From contig JBBCJC010000003.1 of assembly GCA_037189525.1 (NCBI GenBank), positions 256,001 through 320,000 of the forward strand: a DNA stretch of 64,000 bases, written 5' to 3'. Position numbers and translations under genes: made by a program. The notes under the pieces are model-generated. The model ran no database searches. It was given only the letters and a program-made list of their open reading frames with translations, and was not told the DNA's origin. Position 1 is the first letter of the stretch; every line of letters starts with the position of its first letter. This document shows, piece after piece, positions 20,173 through 30,197 of the stretch. Source of the DNA: Gemmatimonadales bacterium (GTDB taxonomy: Bacteria > Gemmatimonadota > Gemmatimonadetes > Gemmatimonadales > GWC2-71-9).

Positions 20173-21059
20173 CCGCTGTCGCATTTCTCGGACTGGGCGC
20201 CATCGGACGGCCGATGGCGACCCGGGTCGCGACACGATACCCGCTCACCGTCTGGAACCGGACGGAGGAGCGGGCGCTGGCATTTGCGCAGTCGGTCTCG
20301 TGCCGAGTGGCGGCTACGCCGGCTGACGCCGTCCGGGGTGCCGATGTGGTGATGGCCTGCCTCTCCACCTCGGCCGATGTCGAGAGTCTGTTCGACGGGC
20401 CGAACGGTGTCCTCGCGGGTATCCAGACCGGTGCGCTATTTCTCGACTGCACCTCGGGCGACCCCGCCACCTCGCGGCGGCTCGCTGCGCGGCTGGCGGA
20501 GCGCGGCGTGGCCTTTGCCGATTGCCCGGTGAGCGGTGGCCCGCCCGGCGCGGAGCAGGGTACCCTGACCGTGATGGTCGGAGGCGAGCCCGACGTGTTT
20601 GCCCGGGCCAAGCCGTACCTCGAAACGTTCGGAAAGCTGATCGTCTCCATGGGACCGGTCGGCGCGGGCGATGCGATCAAGGCCATCAATCAGGTGCTGC
20701 TCGCTACGCATATTCTGGCGCTGTCCGAAGCGCTCACGGCCATGGTCAAAGCCGGCGTGCCGGCGCGCGCCGGACTCGAGGTGCTCAATGCGTCGAGCGG
20801 CCGGAGTTTCGTCAGCGAAAGCCTGGTGCCGGATCGGGTGTTGACGGGAGCGTGGCCTCGGCTGTTCAGGCTGGCCCTGCTCGACAAGGATGTCCGGATT
20901 GCGCTGGAGTTGATCCGCCAACTGGATCTCGAGTCGCCGCTGCTCGATGTCGTGGCCGAGCATTCGGCGGCGCTGCGCACCGAACTGGGAGAGGCGGCGG
21001 ACTATCTCGATCCGATTCGCCGGAGCGAGGAACGGGCGGGAGTCGAGATCCGCGGATGA
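20169..21059 (+). CDS. NAD(P)-dependent beta-hydroxyacid dehydrogenase (3-hydroxyisobutyrate dehydrogenase family)
   Basis: FLGLGAIG, WNRT, DCPVSGG, GDAIKAINQ, KDV; TTG start overlapping the ferritin stop. Confidence 0.9.
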   Translation: MTAVAFLGLGAIGRPMATRVATRYPLTVWNRTEERALAFAQSVSCRVAATPADAVRGADVVMACLSTSADVESLFDGPNGVLAGIQTGALFLDCTSGDPATSRRLAARLAERGVAFADCPVSGGPPGAEQGTLTVMVGGEPDVFARAKPYLETFGKLIVSMGPVGAGDAIKAINQVLLATHILALSEALTAMVKAGVPARAGLEVLNASSGRSFVSESLVPDRVLTGAWPRLFRLALLDKDVRIALELIRQLDLESPLLDVVAEHSAALRTELGEAADYLDPIRRSEERAGVEIRG

Positions 21060-21535
21060 GCGACTGGATCTCGACCCGGCGGCAGCAGGTGGCGGTCCAT
21101 CTGACTGACCGGCGGGTGCTGACGGGCAGTATTCATCTGCAGATGATTGCGCGCCATCACACCGGGCCCGAGACCACCGATGATCTCCTCAATCGCGAGG
21201 AGACCTTCTACGTGCTGATCCTCGACGGCGAACAGCCGGTGTTCGTGGCCAAGCGGCATACCCTGTATCTCGAGTTGCCGCCCCAGCCGATCGACGATCC
21301 CGACCGTGCTTCGGCCGCGCGACGCCTGGAGTTGGAACTCGAGTTGGCGGATGGGACCCTGCTGGAGGGAATGGTCATGATCGAGCTGCCGCCGGATCGG
21401 CTGCGCGCCCTGGACTTCTTCAACGCGGCGCCGACCTTCTTCCCGCTCTGGACCGACGATGCGGTGCGCATCGTCAATCGCGATCACATTCGGGCCGCCA
21501 GTCCGGTCGTGGATATCCGACGTGGCCAGGCTTGA
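21056..21535 (+). CDS. Hypothetical protein with an internal duplication (DUF6812-like)
   Basis: Two similar halves (V.L.D.R.L.G.I.L...R..D.LN...F..L.......V...H); ATGA overlap upstream, overlaps pilT start. Confidence 0.7.
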   Translation: MSDWISTRRQQVAVHLTDRRVLTGSIHLQMIARHHTGPETTDDLLNREETFYVLILDGEQPVFVAKRHTLYLELPPQPIDDPDRASAARRLELELELADGTLLEGMVMIELPPDRLRALDFFNAAPTFFPLWTDDAVRIVNRDHIRAASPVVDIRRGQA

Positions 21536-22973
21536 TCGTTTTCTCGGCGTCATGAAGGCGCAGGCGGGTGAAGCCATCCGCCTGGTGCCTGGGCAACCCG
21601 TTGCGCTCAGGAAAAACGGGTTGGTCCGCTCGATGACCAAGGAATCCCTCTCCGAGCAGCAGGTGGTCAGCTTGCTGCGCGAAATCACCCCTGCGCAGCT
21701 GGGCGACCGGCTGGGCGGCGTGGCGGTCGAATTTGCCTTTACCTATGACAGTCCAGAGGGGGCGGTCGAAGTGCAGGTGGCGCCGTCGAACGGCAGCCTG
21801 TCCGCCACCCTGCGTTCGCTCTTCCCGCCGATCGCGCGCGCGGCCGCGGAAGACTCCGCGGCGGCAGTCGACCTGTCGGGCCCGCGAGAACGGATCGAGC
21901 GGCTCTTCCGCACCCTGGCGGAGCGGGACGGCAGCGACCTCCACCTCCGGGTCGGCAGTCCTCCGATCCTGCGTGCGTCCGGCTCCCTGACGCCGCTCGA
22001 GGAGCCGGCGCTGACCGGGGAGGACATCGAGCTGATGCTCCGGGCCACCATGGCGCCGCGAGACCTGGCTGCCTGGCGCGACGACGGCGATGCGGACTAT
22101 GCCTACGAGCTGGAAGACATCGGACGGCTTCGCTGCAATGCGGCTCGCGATCGGCTGGGGCCCTTTGCCGTCTTCCGGCTGATCCCCTCCCGGATCAGGA
22201 CGGTCCAGGAACTCGGTCTGAGCGCCGAGGTGCAGGCGCTCTGTCAGCTGACCAAGGGGCTGGTGCTGGTGACCGGGCCGACCGGGTCCGGAAAATCGAC
22301 CACGCTTGCTGCGCTCGTTGATCTGATCAATGCGACCCGGAACGATCACATCCTCACCATCGAAGATCCGATCGAGTTCGTGCATCAGAGCCGCCAGTGC
22401 GTCGTGACGCAGCGGCAGGTCGGAGTGCACACCAAGACGTTCAAATCGGCGTTGCGCGCGGCCTTGCGGGAAGATCCCGACGTGATTCTGGTCGGCGAGT
22501 TGCGGGATCTCGAAACGGTGGCGATTGCGCTCGAGACGGCGGAAACCGGGCATCTGGTCTTTGGAACGCTGCATACCACGACGGCCGCATCGACCATCGA
22601 TCGCATCATCGATCAGTTCCCGGCCGATCGGCAGGCGCAGATTCGGGTCATGCTGGCGGAATCGTTCCGGGGCGTCATTGCACAGACGCTCTGCAAGAAG
22701 GTCGGTGGCGGCCGGGTCGCGGCGTACGAGGTGTTGCTGGCCAATCACGCCGTCTCGAATCTGATCCGGGAAGGGAAGACCTTCCAGATTCCCTCCATCA
22801 TGCAGACCAACCGTCGGGCCGGAATGGTGACGCTGAACGACGCGCTGGTCGAATTGGCCGAGTCGCAGCAGGTCGAGCCCAAGGAGGCGTATCTCAAGGC
22901 GGTCGACAAAGCCGGCTTGCTCGCGATGTTCAAGTCGCGCGGCGTCTCGACTTCCTTCATGGACAACGGGTGA
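21522..22973 (+). CDS. pilT: Type IV pilus retraction ATPase PilT with N-terminal extension
   Basis: SDLHL, GPTGSGKST, TIEDPIEF, LREDPDVILVGELRD, GHLVFGTLHT, AVSNLIREGK; GTG at 21522. Confidence 0.93.
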   Translation: MARLDRFLGVMKAQAGEAIRLVPGQPVALRKNGLVRSMTKESLSEQQVVSLLREITPAQLGDRLGGVAVEFAFTYDSPEGAVEVQVAPSNGSLSATLRSLFPPIARAAAEDSAAAVDLSGPRERIERLFRTLAERDGSDLHLRVGSPPILRASGSLTPLEEPALTGEDIELMLRATMAPRDLAAWRDDGDADYAYELEDIGRLRCNAARDRLGPFAVFRLIPSRIRTVQELGLSAEVQALCQLTKGLVLVTGPTGSGKSTTLAALVDLINATRNDHILTIEDPIEFVHQSRQCVVTQRQVGVHTKTFKSALRAALREDPDVILVGELRDLETVAIALETAETGHLVFGTLHTTTAASTIDRIIDQFPADRQAQIRVMLAESFRGVIAQTLCKKVGGGRVAAYEVLLANHAVSNLIREGKTFQIPSIMQTNRRAGMVTLNDALVELAESQQVEPKEAYLKAVDKAGLLAMFKSRGVSTSFMDNG

Positions 22974-23779
22974 CCGCGCCGCCCATCCTGGTCCTCGTCG
23001 AACCGCAGGACCTCGTCAACATTGCGGCAACGGTTCGGATCGCGAAGAACTTCGGCATCCCCAATGTCCGGCTCGTCAAGCCGGCGGTGTTCGATCCCTA
23101 TCGGATCGAAGGCATTGCCCACAATACCGGCGATATCGTCGAGCGGATCGGCCATTTCGAGACTCTCGCCGAGGCGATTGCGGACTGTGTCCACGCGGTG
23201 GCGATGACCGCGCGGGAGCGGGCTGCCAAACGCCGCTTGCTGCGCCCGCCCGCCGCCGCCGCGTTGTTGACGGAGCATGCGGAGGACGGCCCGGTTGCCC
23301 TGGTCTTCGGTCGCGAGGACGCCGGGTTGACCAATGCGGAACTCGACGCCTGTCCCACCCTGACGACCATCGCGACCAATCCGACGCACCGCTCCCTCAA
23401 TCTGGCGCAGGCCGTGGCCATTATGAGCTACGAGTGCTGGAACGCGCGCGAGGGAGCCGAACAGACCCGCAAAGCCCCCCGCCGGCGGGCGACCCGGGCC
23501 ACAGCGGAAGATCTCGACAAGACCTTCCATGACTGGCATCGAGCCTTGTGGGCGCTCGACTTCTTCAAGAGCCGCAACGCCGAGAACGTGATGCGGTCCT
23601 TTCGGGAAATCGTCTACCGGGCCGATCCGGATTCGCGCGAGGCCAAGCTGCTGCGCGCCATGGCACTCGAGACGGTGCACTATCTCACGCGCCATCAAGT
23701 GCTTGGGGAGCTGCCCGAGGCCCTGCGGTGGCCGGCGGGGATGACCCCTCCGGCGGAGCCGGAGCCGGGGTCTCAATAG
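22970..23779 (+). CDS. trmJ: TrmJ/LasT family SPOUT RNA methyltransferase
   Basis: VLVEPQDLVNIAATVR, LVFGREDAGLTNAEL, SLNLAQAV; GTGA overlap with pilT. Confidence 0.88.
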   Translation: MTAPPILVLVEPQDLVNIAATVRIAKNFGIPNVRLVKPAVFDPYRIEGIAHNTGDIVERIGHFETLAEAIADCVHAVAMTARERAAKRRLLRPPAAAALLTEHAEDGPVALVFGREDAGLTNAELDACPTLTTIATNPTHRSLNLAQAVAIMSYECWNAREGAEQTRKAPRRRATRATAEDLDKTFHDWHRALWALDFFKSRNAENVMRSFREIVYRADPDSREAKLLRAMALETVHYLTRHQVLGELPEALRWPAGMTPPAEPEPGSQ

Positions 23780-23940
23780 GGGAGTTTCCGAGTCGCATAT
23801 CTCGTTGCCGGGGTGGAAGTTATCCCGAGTCAACGGTTCCCATTTTTGGAACGGGAAAGGCTTGTTTCCGAGTCGCTTGCGGGTATTTTTCTCGCGGCGT
23901 TGCGCCTTGCGCTATATGCACTTGCGCGCGTTTTCTCTGG

Positions 23941-23958
23941 TCGTGAAAAGTTTCACAT
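23941..23958. promoter_or_regulatory. Rex-type operator upstream of actA
   Basis: TCGTGAA-AAGT-TTCACAT versus Rex consensus TTGTGAA-N4-TTCACAA (2 mismatches). Confidence 0.7.
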
Positions 23959-23991
23959 ACTTCGTCACCATGGATCGGCGGATGCACACGC

Positions 23992-24588
23992 ATGCGTAAG
24001 CTCTTGGTTGCTGGAGTTGCGGTGGCAGTTGCCGGCGCAGCGGTGTTCTTCACGTTGCCCTTGCCCTCCATCGCGCAACAGCAGGCAGCCCAAGCGCCGG
24101 CCGACTCGATCGTCGCTCCGCGACTCACGGTCGCTGACTCGGCCAATCTGAAAGGCCCCCGGCAGCCGATTTTCTTCCGGCACGACATCCACGCCGGACA
24201 GTTCAAGATTCAGTGCCAGTACTGCCACTATTCGGTTGCCGACGGCAATGAGCCGGGCATTCCGTCGGTGCAGACCTGTATGGGATGCCATCTGGCCATT
24301 GCGGGAACGGACAGCACGGACCGGGCGGAGATCCGCAAGGTGCGCGAGGCGTTCCGCGAGAAGCGGCCGATCGAATGGGTCCGGATCCACACGCTTGCCA
24401 AGCATGCCCACTTCCCGCACAGCGTGCACGTCAAGGCGATGGGGCCGAATGCCTGCTCCACCTGCCACGGCGACGTCGCGCGGATGCCGCAGGTCTACAA
24501 GGCCAACAACGTGAACAACATGGGTTTCTGCATCAGTTGCCACGTGGAGCGGGGCGTGACACGCGATTGTACGGCGTGCCATTACTAG
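23992..24588 (+). CDS. actA: Alternative complex III pentaheme cytochrome c
   Basis: N-terminal TM/signal; five CxxCH motifs (CQYCH, CMGCH, CSTCH, CISCH, CTACH). Confidence 0.9.
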   Translation: MRKLLVAGVAVAVAGAAVFFTLPLPSIAQQQAAQAPADSIVAPRLTVADSANLKGPRQPIFFRHDIHAGQFKIQCQYCHYSVADGNEPGIPSVQTCMGCHLAIAGTDSTDRAEIRKVREAFREKRPIEWVRIHTLAKHAHFPHSVHVKAMGPNACSTCHGDVARMPQVYKANNVNNMGFCISCHVERGVTRDCTACHY

Positions 24589-24708
24589 CGGAAGACAACG
24601 CAAGATCAGCGCAGGTCACGAGGACGATTGGGCCGGGACGGTCGAACCGGATAGTCACGGCAGGATAAGGCGGCGGACGCAACCGGGTCCGTGCCGATAG
24701 GAGAGGGA

Positions 24709-27700
24709 ATGGCAGACAACGAAGCCTTGGATCGACGCCGATTTCTGAAGGTGGTTGGCGTAGCCGGTGCCGGCTCCGCCGCGCTTTCGGGGTGCTCCAC
24801 GGGCAAGGTCGAGAAGCTGATTCCGTATCTGGTGCAGTCCGAAGACCAGGTGCCCAGCCTTCCGACCATCTACGCGAGCACCTGCGGTGAGTGCGCAGGC
24901 GGATGCGGCCTGCATGTGCGGACGCGCGAGGGGCGAGCCATCAAGGTCGACGGCAACCCCGAGCATCCGATCAACGGGGGCGGGTTGTGCTCCCGGGGAC
25001 AGGCATCGCTCCAGGGGCTCTACAACCCCGACCGCCTCAAGAGTCCCAAGCTGCGCAACGCGGCCGGCAAGCACGCCGAGATCCTCTGGAACGAAGCGAT
25101 CGACCAGCTGGCCGCCGAACTGCGGTCCGCGGGCTCGCGGGTAGCCGTGGTGAGTGGCGCCGGGGCCGGCACCATGTCGGACCTGCTGGCGCAGTGGGTC
25201 TCGACGCTGGGTGGCCGCCTGGTGCGCTACCAGGCCTTCGACCACGAGCCGCTCCGGCTGGCGAGTCAGCGGGTCTTCGGTATCGACGAGGTGCCGACCC
25301 ACGACTTCGGGCAGGCCAAGTACATCGTGTCGTTCGGCGCCGACTTCCTGGAAACCTGGAACAGCCCGCTCGAAAACGAGCGTGGCTTCATCCGGGCCCA
25401 CGGATTCGTCGGCCGGCAGATGGCCAAGTTCGTGTACGTCGGTCCGCGGATGTCGCTGACCGGCATCAACGCTGATCAGTGGCTGGCGCCGATCCCGGGC
25501 TCGGAAACGTCCCTGGTGCTCGGTCTTGCCAATGCGGTGATCAACACCCGGGCTGCGAACCTTCCGGCGGATGCGGCAGGGTTGCGGCCGTTGCTCGACG
25601 GATACGGGCTGGAGCGCGTCGCAGCGGATACCGGTCTGCCGGCCGAACAGATCCGCCGCTTTTACGACGAGTTCGTCTCGTTTGCGCCGAGCCTGGCGGT
25701 GGCCGGTGGTATCGGGACGCAGCATCGCGGTGCGGCCGATCTCTGCGCAGCGGTCAACATCCTCAACTATGTGGCGGGCAACGTCGGTACGACGGTCCGC
25801 TTCGGCAGCGGCAACACCGGCGGCGACGGCTACGGCGCCATGCTCGGTTTGGAACGGGCCATGGAGGCGGGTGAGATCGATGTCGTGATTTTCCACGACG
25901 TCAATCCGCTCTTCACGCTGCCCAAGAGCGGCGGGTTCCGCGCGGCGCTCGACAAGGTGCGGTTCAAAGTCTCCACCAGTCTCTACTACGACGAGACGGC
26001 GGCGGCGTCCGACCTCCTGATCCCCAACCTGCATTCGCTCGAACGGTGGGACGATGCGCGGCCGCGGGCAGGGGTCCGCGGTCTGATGCAGCCGGTGATG
26101 GAGCGGGTCTTCAAGAACGTCGCGACCGGCGACGTGCTGTTGCAGACGGCGCGCAAGCTGGGCGGCACCATGGCGGCGACCTTCACGGCGCCGACCTTCG
26201 AAGCCCATCTCAAGAGCATCTGGGCCGACTTTGCCCGCAGTCGCGGCGCGGCGGATACTGAAGCCTTCTGGCGCGCGGCACTGGCGCGTGGCGGCGTGTA
26301 CGACACGGCGCCCTCGTCGACGCCGGTGCGCCTGGCGAGCACGGCGGTAGGATTCACGAGCCAGACGCCGACCCTCGACGGCGACGGCGAGTACTTCTTC
26401 GCCCCGTTCCCGAGTTTGCACTACCACGATGGCCGAGGCGCCAACCGCCCCTGGCTGCTCGAAGTTCCCGATCCCGTCACGAAGATCACCTGGCAGTCTT
26501 GGGTTGAGCTGAATCCCGAGACCGCCCGCGCGATCGACGTGCGGGAGGGCGAGATCCTGCGTCTGGTCTCGCCCTCCGGATCGATCGAAGCGCAGGTCTA
26601 CATCTATCCCGGCATTCGCAAGGACGTCCTGGCAATGCCGCTCGGTCTCGGACACACCGAGTTCGGTCGCTACGCAACCGGGCGCGGTGTCAACCCGCTC
26701 GACCTGCTCTCCGCGGCCGACGGCCAGGGCTTCCTGCCGTACCTCTCCACCAAGGTCAAGGTCGAGAAGACCGGCCGCTACCGGAAGGTCGCCAAGACCG
26801 AAGGCAACCCGCGCGAACTCGGCCGCGGCATCACGGAAGCGATGCCGCTGGCGCTGGCGGCGCGTGGCCTGACCGTCAAGCAGGCATACCACGAGCAGGG
26901 CCACGAAGAGCATCACGTCAACACCGAGAAGGAACTCGAAGCGATTGCCGGGTTCCGCGAGGCGCAGGTCGAGAAGCGGATGTTCGGCGACTATCGCCCG
27001 ACCAATCCGCAGTGGCACCAGGTCATCGACCTGGCCAAGTGCACCGGCTGCTCCGCCTGTGTCACTGCCTGCTACGCAGAAAACAACATCCCGACCGTGG
27101 GTGAAGACGAGATCTTCCGCGGCCGCGAAATGAGTTGGCTCCGGATCGAGCGCTACTACCACGGCGGCGAAGACGGCGAGCCTTTCTCGGCCCGCGTCAT
27201 TCCGATGATGTGCCAGCACTGCGACAACGCGCCCTGCGAACCGGTCTGCCCGGTCTACGCGGCGTATCACACCTCGGACGGCCTCAACGGACAGGTCTAC
27301 AACCGGTGCGTCGGCACGCGGTACTGCGCCAACAACTGTCCCTACAAGGTGCGCTACTTCAACTGGTACGCCTACAACCAGAGGGCCTTCCCGGAGCCGC
27401 TCAACCTGCAGCTCAACCCGGATGTCACGGTGCGGGCGCGCGGCGTGATGGAGAAGTGCACCTTCTGTGTCCAGCGGATCCGCTCGGCGCAGCACCAGGC
27501 CAGGCTCGAAGACCGGCCGCTGCGCGATGGCGACGTGCAGAGTGCCTGCGCGCAGGTCTGCGCCTCGGGCGCCATCACCTTCGGTGACATCAACGATCCG
27601 AACAGCAAGGTGAGCCAGGCGGCGCGCGATCCGCGTGCGTACCAGGTGCTCGACCTCATCAATGTGCGGCCGGCCGTGACCTACTTGGCCAAGGTCGTGG

Positions 27701-27717
27701 CGGGATCGGAGGCCTAA
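24709..27717 (+). CDS. actB: Alternative complex III ActB (molybdopterin-oxidoreductase-like domain fused to Fe-S domain; Tat lipoprotein)
   Basis: DRRRFLK Tat motif, LSGC lipobox; C-terminal CTGCSACVTAC, CQHCDNAPCEPVC, CVGTRYCANNC, CTFC..CAQVC. Confidence 0.92.
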   Translation: MADNEALDRRRFLKVVGVAGAGSAALSGCSTGKVEKLIPYLVQSEDQVPSLPTIYASTCGECAGGCGLHVRTREGRAIKVDGNPEHPINGGGLCSRGQASLQGLYNPDRLKSPKLRNAAGKHAEILWNEAIDQLAAELRSAGSRVAVVSGAGAGTMSDLLAQWVSTLGGRLVRYQAFDHEPLRLASQRVFGIDEVPTHDFGQAKYIVSFGADFLETWNSPLENERGFIRAHGFVGRQMAKFVYVGPRMSLTGINADQWLAPIPGSETSLVLGLANAVINTRAANLPADAAGLRPLLDGYGLERVAADTGLPAEQIRRFYDEFVSFAPSLAVAGGIGTQHRGAADLCAAVNILNYVAGNVGTTVRFGSGNTGGDGYGAMLGLERAMEAGEIDVVIFHDVNPLFTLPKSGGFRAALDKVRFKVSTSLYYDETAAASDLLIPNLHSLERWDDARPRAGVRGLMQPVMERVFKNVATGDVLLQTARKLGGTMAATFTAPTFEAHLKSIWADFARSRGAADTEAFWRAALARGGVYDTAPSSTPVRLASTAVGFTSQTPTLDGDGEYFFAPFPSLHYHDGRGANRPWLLEVPDPVTKITWQSWVELNPETARAIDVREGEILRLVSPSGSIEAQVYIYPGIRKDVLAMPLGLGHTEFGRYATGRGVNPLDLLSAADGQGFLPYLSTKVKVEKTGRYRKVAKTEGNPRELGRGITEAMPLALAARGLTVKQAYHEQGHEEHHVNTEKELEAIAGFREAQVEKRMFGDYRPTNPQWHQVIDLAKCTGCSACVTACYAENNIPTVGEDEIFRGREMSWLRIERYYHGGEDGEPFSARVIPMMCQHCDNAPCEPVCPVYAAYHTSDGLNGQVYNRCVGTRYCANNCPYKVRYFNWYAYNQRAFPEPLNLQLNPDVTVRARGVMEKCTFCVQRIRSAQHQARLEDRPLRDGDVQSACAQVCASGAITFGDINDPNSKVSQAARDPRAYQVLDLINVRPAVTYLAKVVAGSEA

Positions 27718-27722
27718 TCCAA

Positions 27723-29072
27723 ATGACCACGATGCCACACGGGATGCCGCATCAGGACCTCACCCATGCCGACGTCACCCGGGACGTCGTCAAGACGCTC
27801 GAGACGCCGAGCCGCGGCTACTACATGGCGCTCTTCGGCGCCATCGCGATGTTCCTGGTGGGGGCCGTCACCTTCGTCCTGCTGCTCAAGGAAGGCCTCG
27901 GATTGGCCGGCTATCAGCCGCCGATTTTCTGGTCCGTCTACATCACGACCTTCGTCTTCTGGGTCGGTATCGGCCACGCCGGGACGCTGATCTCCGCCAT
28001 TCTGTTCCTGTTCCGGTCGCCCTGGCGAACGGCGGTGTATCGATCGACGGAAGCCATGACGGTGTTTGCCGTCATGACGGCGGCACTCTTCCCGATCATC
28101 CATATCGGTCGCCAGTGGATCTTCTACTGGCTGCTGCCGTATCCGAACCAGCGGTTCCTCTGGCCGAACTTCAAGTCGCCGCTGGTCTGGGACGTCTTCG
28201 CGATCTCGACCTACTTCACGGTGTCCGCCACCTTCCTCGTGGTCGGCCTCGTGCCCGACATCGCGGCGGTGCGCGACAAGATGTCCGGGTGGCGCCGGAA
28301 GGTGTACGGCGCGCTGTCGCTCGGCTGGACCGGTGCGGACAGCCAGTGGCGGCACTACGTCAAAGGCTACGGCTTCATGGCGGCGCTGGCTGCGCCGCTG
28401 GTGCTCTCGGTGCACTCCGTCGTGTCCTGGGACTTCGCCATGTCGGTCATTCCCGGCTGGCACGGCACCATCTTCGCCCCGTACTTCGTGGCCGGCGCGA
28501 TCTACTCCGGTATCGGCATGGTGCTGACGCTGGTGATTCCGCTGCGCAAGGTGCTCAAGATCGAGCACCTGATCACGGACTACCACTTCGACAACCTGGC
28601 CAAGCTGACGCTGCTGACCGGCACCATCCTGTTCTATGCCTACGGGATGGAGTACTTCATCGCCTGGTACAGCGGCAATACGTATGAGCAGACGAGCTTC
28701 TGGCTCCGGGCCTTCGGACCGCTCTGGTGGTCCGGCTGGACCATGATCATCTGCAACGCCTTCGTGTCGCAGTTGCTCTGGTTCAAGAAGATCCGCCAGA
28801 ACCTGACGGCCCTTTTCGTCATCTCGATCTTCATCAATATCGGGATGTGGTTCGAGCGGTACGTCATCATTTCGTCGTCGCTCGCCAATGACTTCATCCC
28901 GTTTGCATGGGACCGCATGAATCCGACCTGGGCCGACTGGGGCATTCTGCTCGGGTCGTTCGGGTGGTTCGGGATGTATTTCATCCTGTTTGCCAAGACC
29001 TTCCCGGTCGTAGCGATCCAGGAAATCAAGGAGATGATTCCGATGCCGCGCCGGAAGAAGGGGGGGCATTGA
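27723..29072 (+). CDS. actC: Alternative complex III quinol-binding subunit (NrfD family)
   Basis: FVFWVGIGHAGTLISAIL, HIGRQW, NFKSPLVWDVFAISTY, VHSVVSWDF, WFERYVII. Confidence 0.93.
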   Translation: MTTMPHGMPHQDLTHADVTRDVVKTLETPSRGYYMALFGAIAMFLVGAVTFVLLLKEGLGLAGYQPPIFWSVYITTFVFWVGIGHAGTLISAILFLFRSPWRTAVYRSTEAMTVFAVMTAALFPIIHIGRQWIFYWLLPYPNQRFLWPNFKSPLVWDVFAISTYFTVSATFLVVGLVPDIAAVRDKMSGWRRKVYGALSLGWTGADSQWRHYVKGYGFMAALAAPLVLSVHSVVSWDFAMSVIPGWHGTIFAPYFVAGAIYSGIGMVLTLVIPLRKVLKIEHLITDYHFDNLAKLTLLTGTILFYAYGMEYFIAWYSGNTYEQTSFWLRAFGPLWWSGWTMIICNAFVSQLLWFKKIRQNLTALFVISIFINIGMWFERYVIISSSLANDFIPFAWDRMNPTWADWGILLGSFGWFGMYFILFAKTFPVVAIQEIKEMIPMPRRKKGGH

Positions 29073-29587
29073 TGGCTACCAAAACCCTCTCGGGTGTGCT
29101 CGCCGCGTTCAAGTATGAGGACTCGGCGATCGACGCGATCAAGGGGCTCAGGGCTCGGGGATACCGGGATCTGACCGTCTATACGGCCGCGCCCAATCAC
29201 CACATCGAGGAAGCGCTCGAGCACAAGACCAGCTGGGTGCGCGCCTTCACGCTGATCGGCGGGTTGGTGGGCTGCGCAGCAGGCTTCGGGATGACGCTCT
29301 GGATGTCGTACGACTGGCCGCTCCTGGTCGGTGGCAAGCCGATCGGGGCGATTCCGCCGTATGTGGTGCTCGGTTTCGAGTTGACCATTCTCTACGGCGC
29401 GCTGTCGACCGTGGCGGGTGTGATCATTCTGTCGGCGCTCAAGTCGCTCAAAGGCCGGCCGTTCAAGCCGGAGTTCAGCGATGACACCATCGGTTTGTTC
29501 GTACCGTGTCCGCCGGATCAGCGGAACGGCGTCCGGAAGTTTCTGGAAGAAGTCGGCTCAGACGAGGTGACGGAACATGGCGCGTAA
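29072..29587 (+). CDS. actD: Alternative complex III ActD (DUF3341)
   Basis: Two TM helices, WPLLVGGKP, FELTIL; TGATG coupling to actC. Confidence 0.88.
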   Translation: MATKTLSGVLAAFKYEDSAIDAIKGLRARGYRDLTVYTAAPNHHIEEALEHKTSWVRAFTLIGGLVGCAAGFGMTLWMSYDWPLLVGGKPIGAIPPYVVLGFELTILYGALSTVAGVIILSALKSLKGRPFKPEFSDDTIGLFVPCPPDQRNGVRKFLEEVGSDEVTEHGA

Positions 29588-30197
29588 GCGACTGCTCGCG
29601 ACGCTGGGCCTTCTGGCGGGTCTGTCGGGCTGCAATTGGTATTACGACACGTTGCCGTCGCCGGACGACCTGATGAAGGCGGTGCCGTGGTTCGATCATA
29701 TGATCAAGTCCCCGACGCCGTCGCCGTATCAGCGGGCCGACATCCCGCGGTACACGCCCAAGGGTTCGGTCCCGATCACCGGCGGCGAAGCCGATTGGGG
29801 TCTCCTCAATTTCTCCGGCCCGGTGCCGATGTACGGCTTCGACACGCTCGCGGCCAACCGGGTGCGCAACCCGACGGTTGCGGAGTTCTCGGAGACGCTG
29901 GCGCGTGGGGAAGAGGTGTACCGGAATTACTGCGCCGTCTGCCACGGCGGCTCCGGCGCGGGTGATGGTCCTGTCGGCGTCCGCATGGGCGCTCAGTCGC
30001 TCCTGAGCGACAAGGCCAAGGGATATACGGACGGGTACCTGTACAGCATCGTGCGATACGGCCGCGGTGTCATGCCGATGTACGGCGACAAGGTGTTCCG
30101 CCAGCATGACCGCTGGGCCGTGGTGAATTACATGCGCCATCTGCAGGGTATTACGCCAGCCGCATCCGCTGTGGCGGCGGAAGGAGCCAGTCAATGA
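29577..30197 (+). CDS. actE: Alternative complex III monoheme cytochrome c lipoprotein
   Basis: LSGC lipobox, CAVCHG, GVMPMYG, DRWAVVNYMR. Confidence 0.88.
   Translation: MARKRLLATLGLLAGLSGCNWYYDTLPSPDDLMKAVPWFDHMIKSPTPSPYQRADIPRYTPKGSVPITGGEADWGLLNFSGPVPMYGFDTLAANRVRNPTVAEFSETLARGEEVYRNYCAVCHGGSGAGDGPVGVRMGAQSLLSDKAKGYTDGYLYSIVRYGRGVMPMYGDKVFRQHDRWAVVNYMRHLQGITPAASAVAAEGASQ

Noticed and set aside
24655..27738. Very long antisense ORFs (e.g. 1027 aa opposite actB; also 321-1949, 10427-12259, 42739-45042, 45615-47417, 49141-50901)
   Set aside because: Shadow ORFs expected from high-GC codon bias opposite well-supported genes; no recognisable motifs
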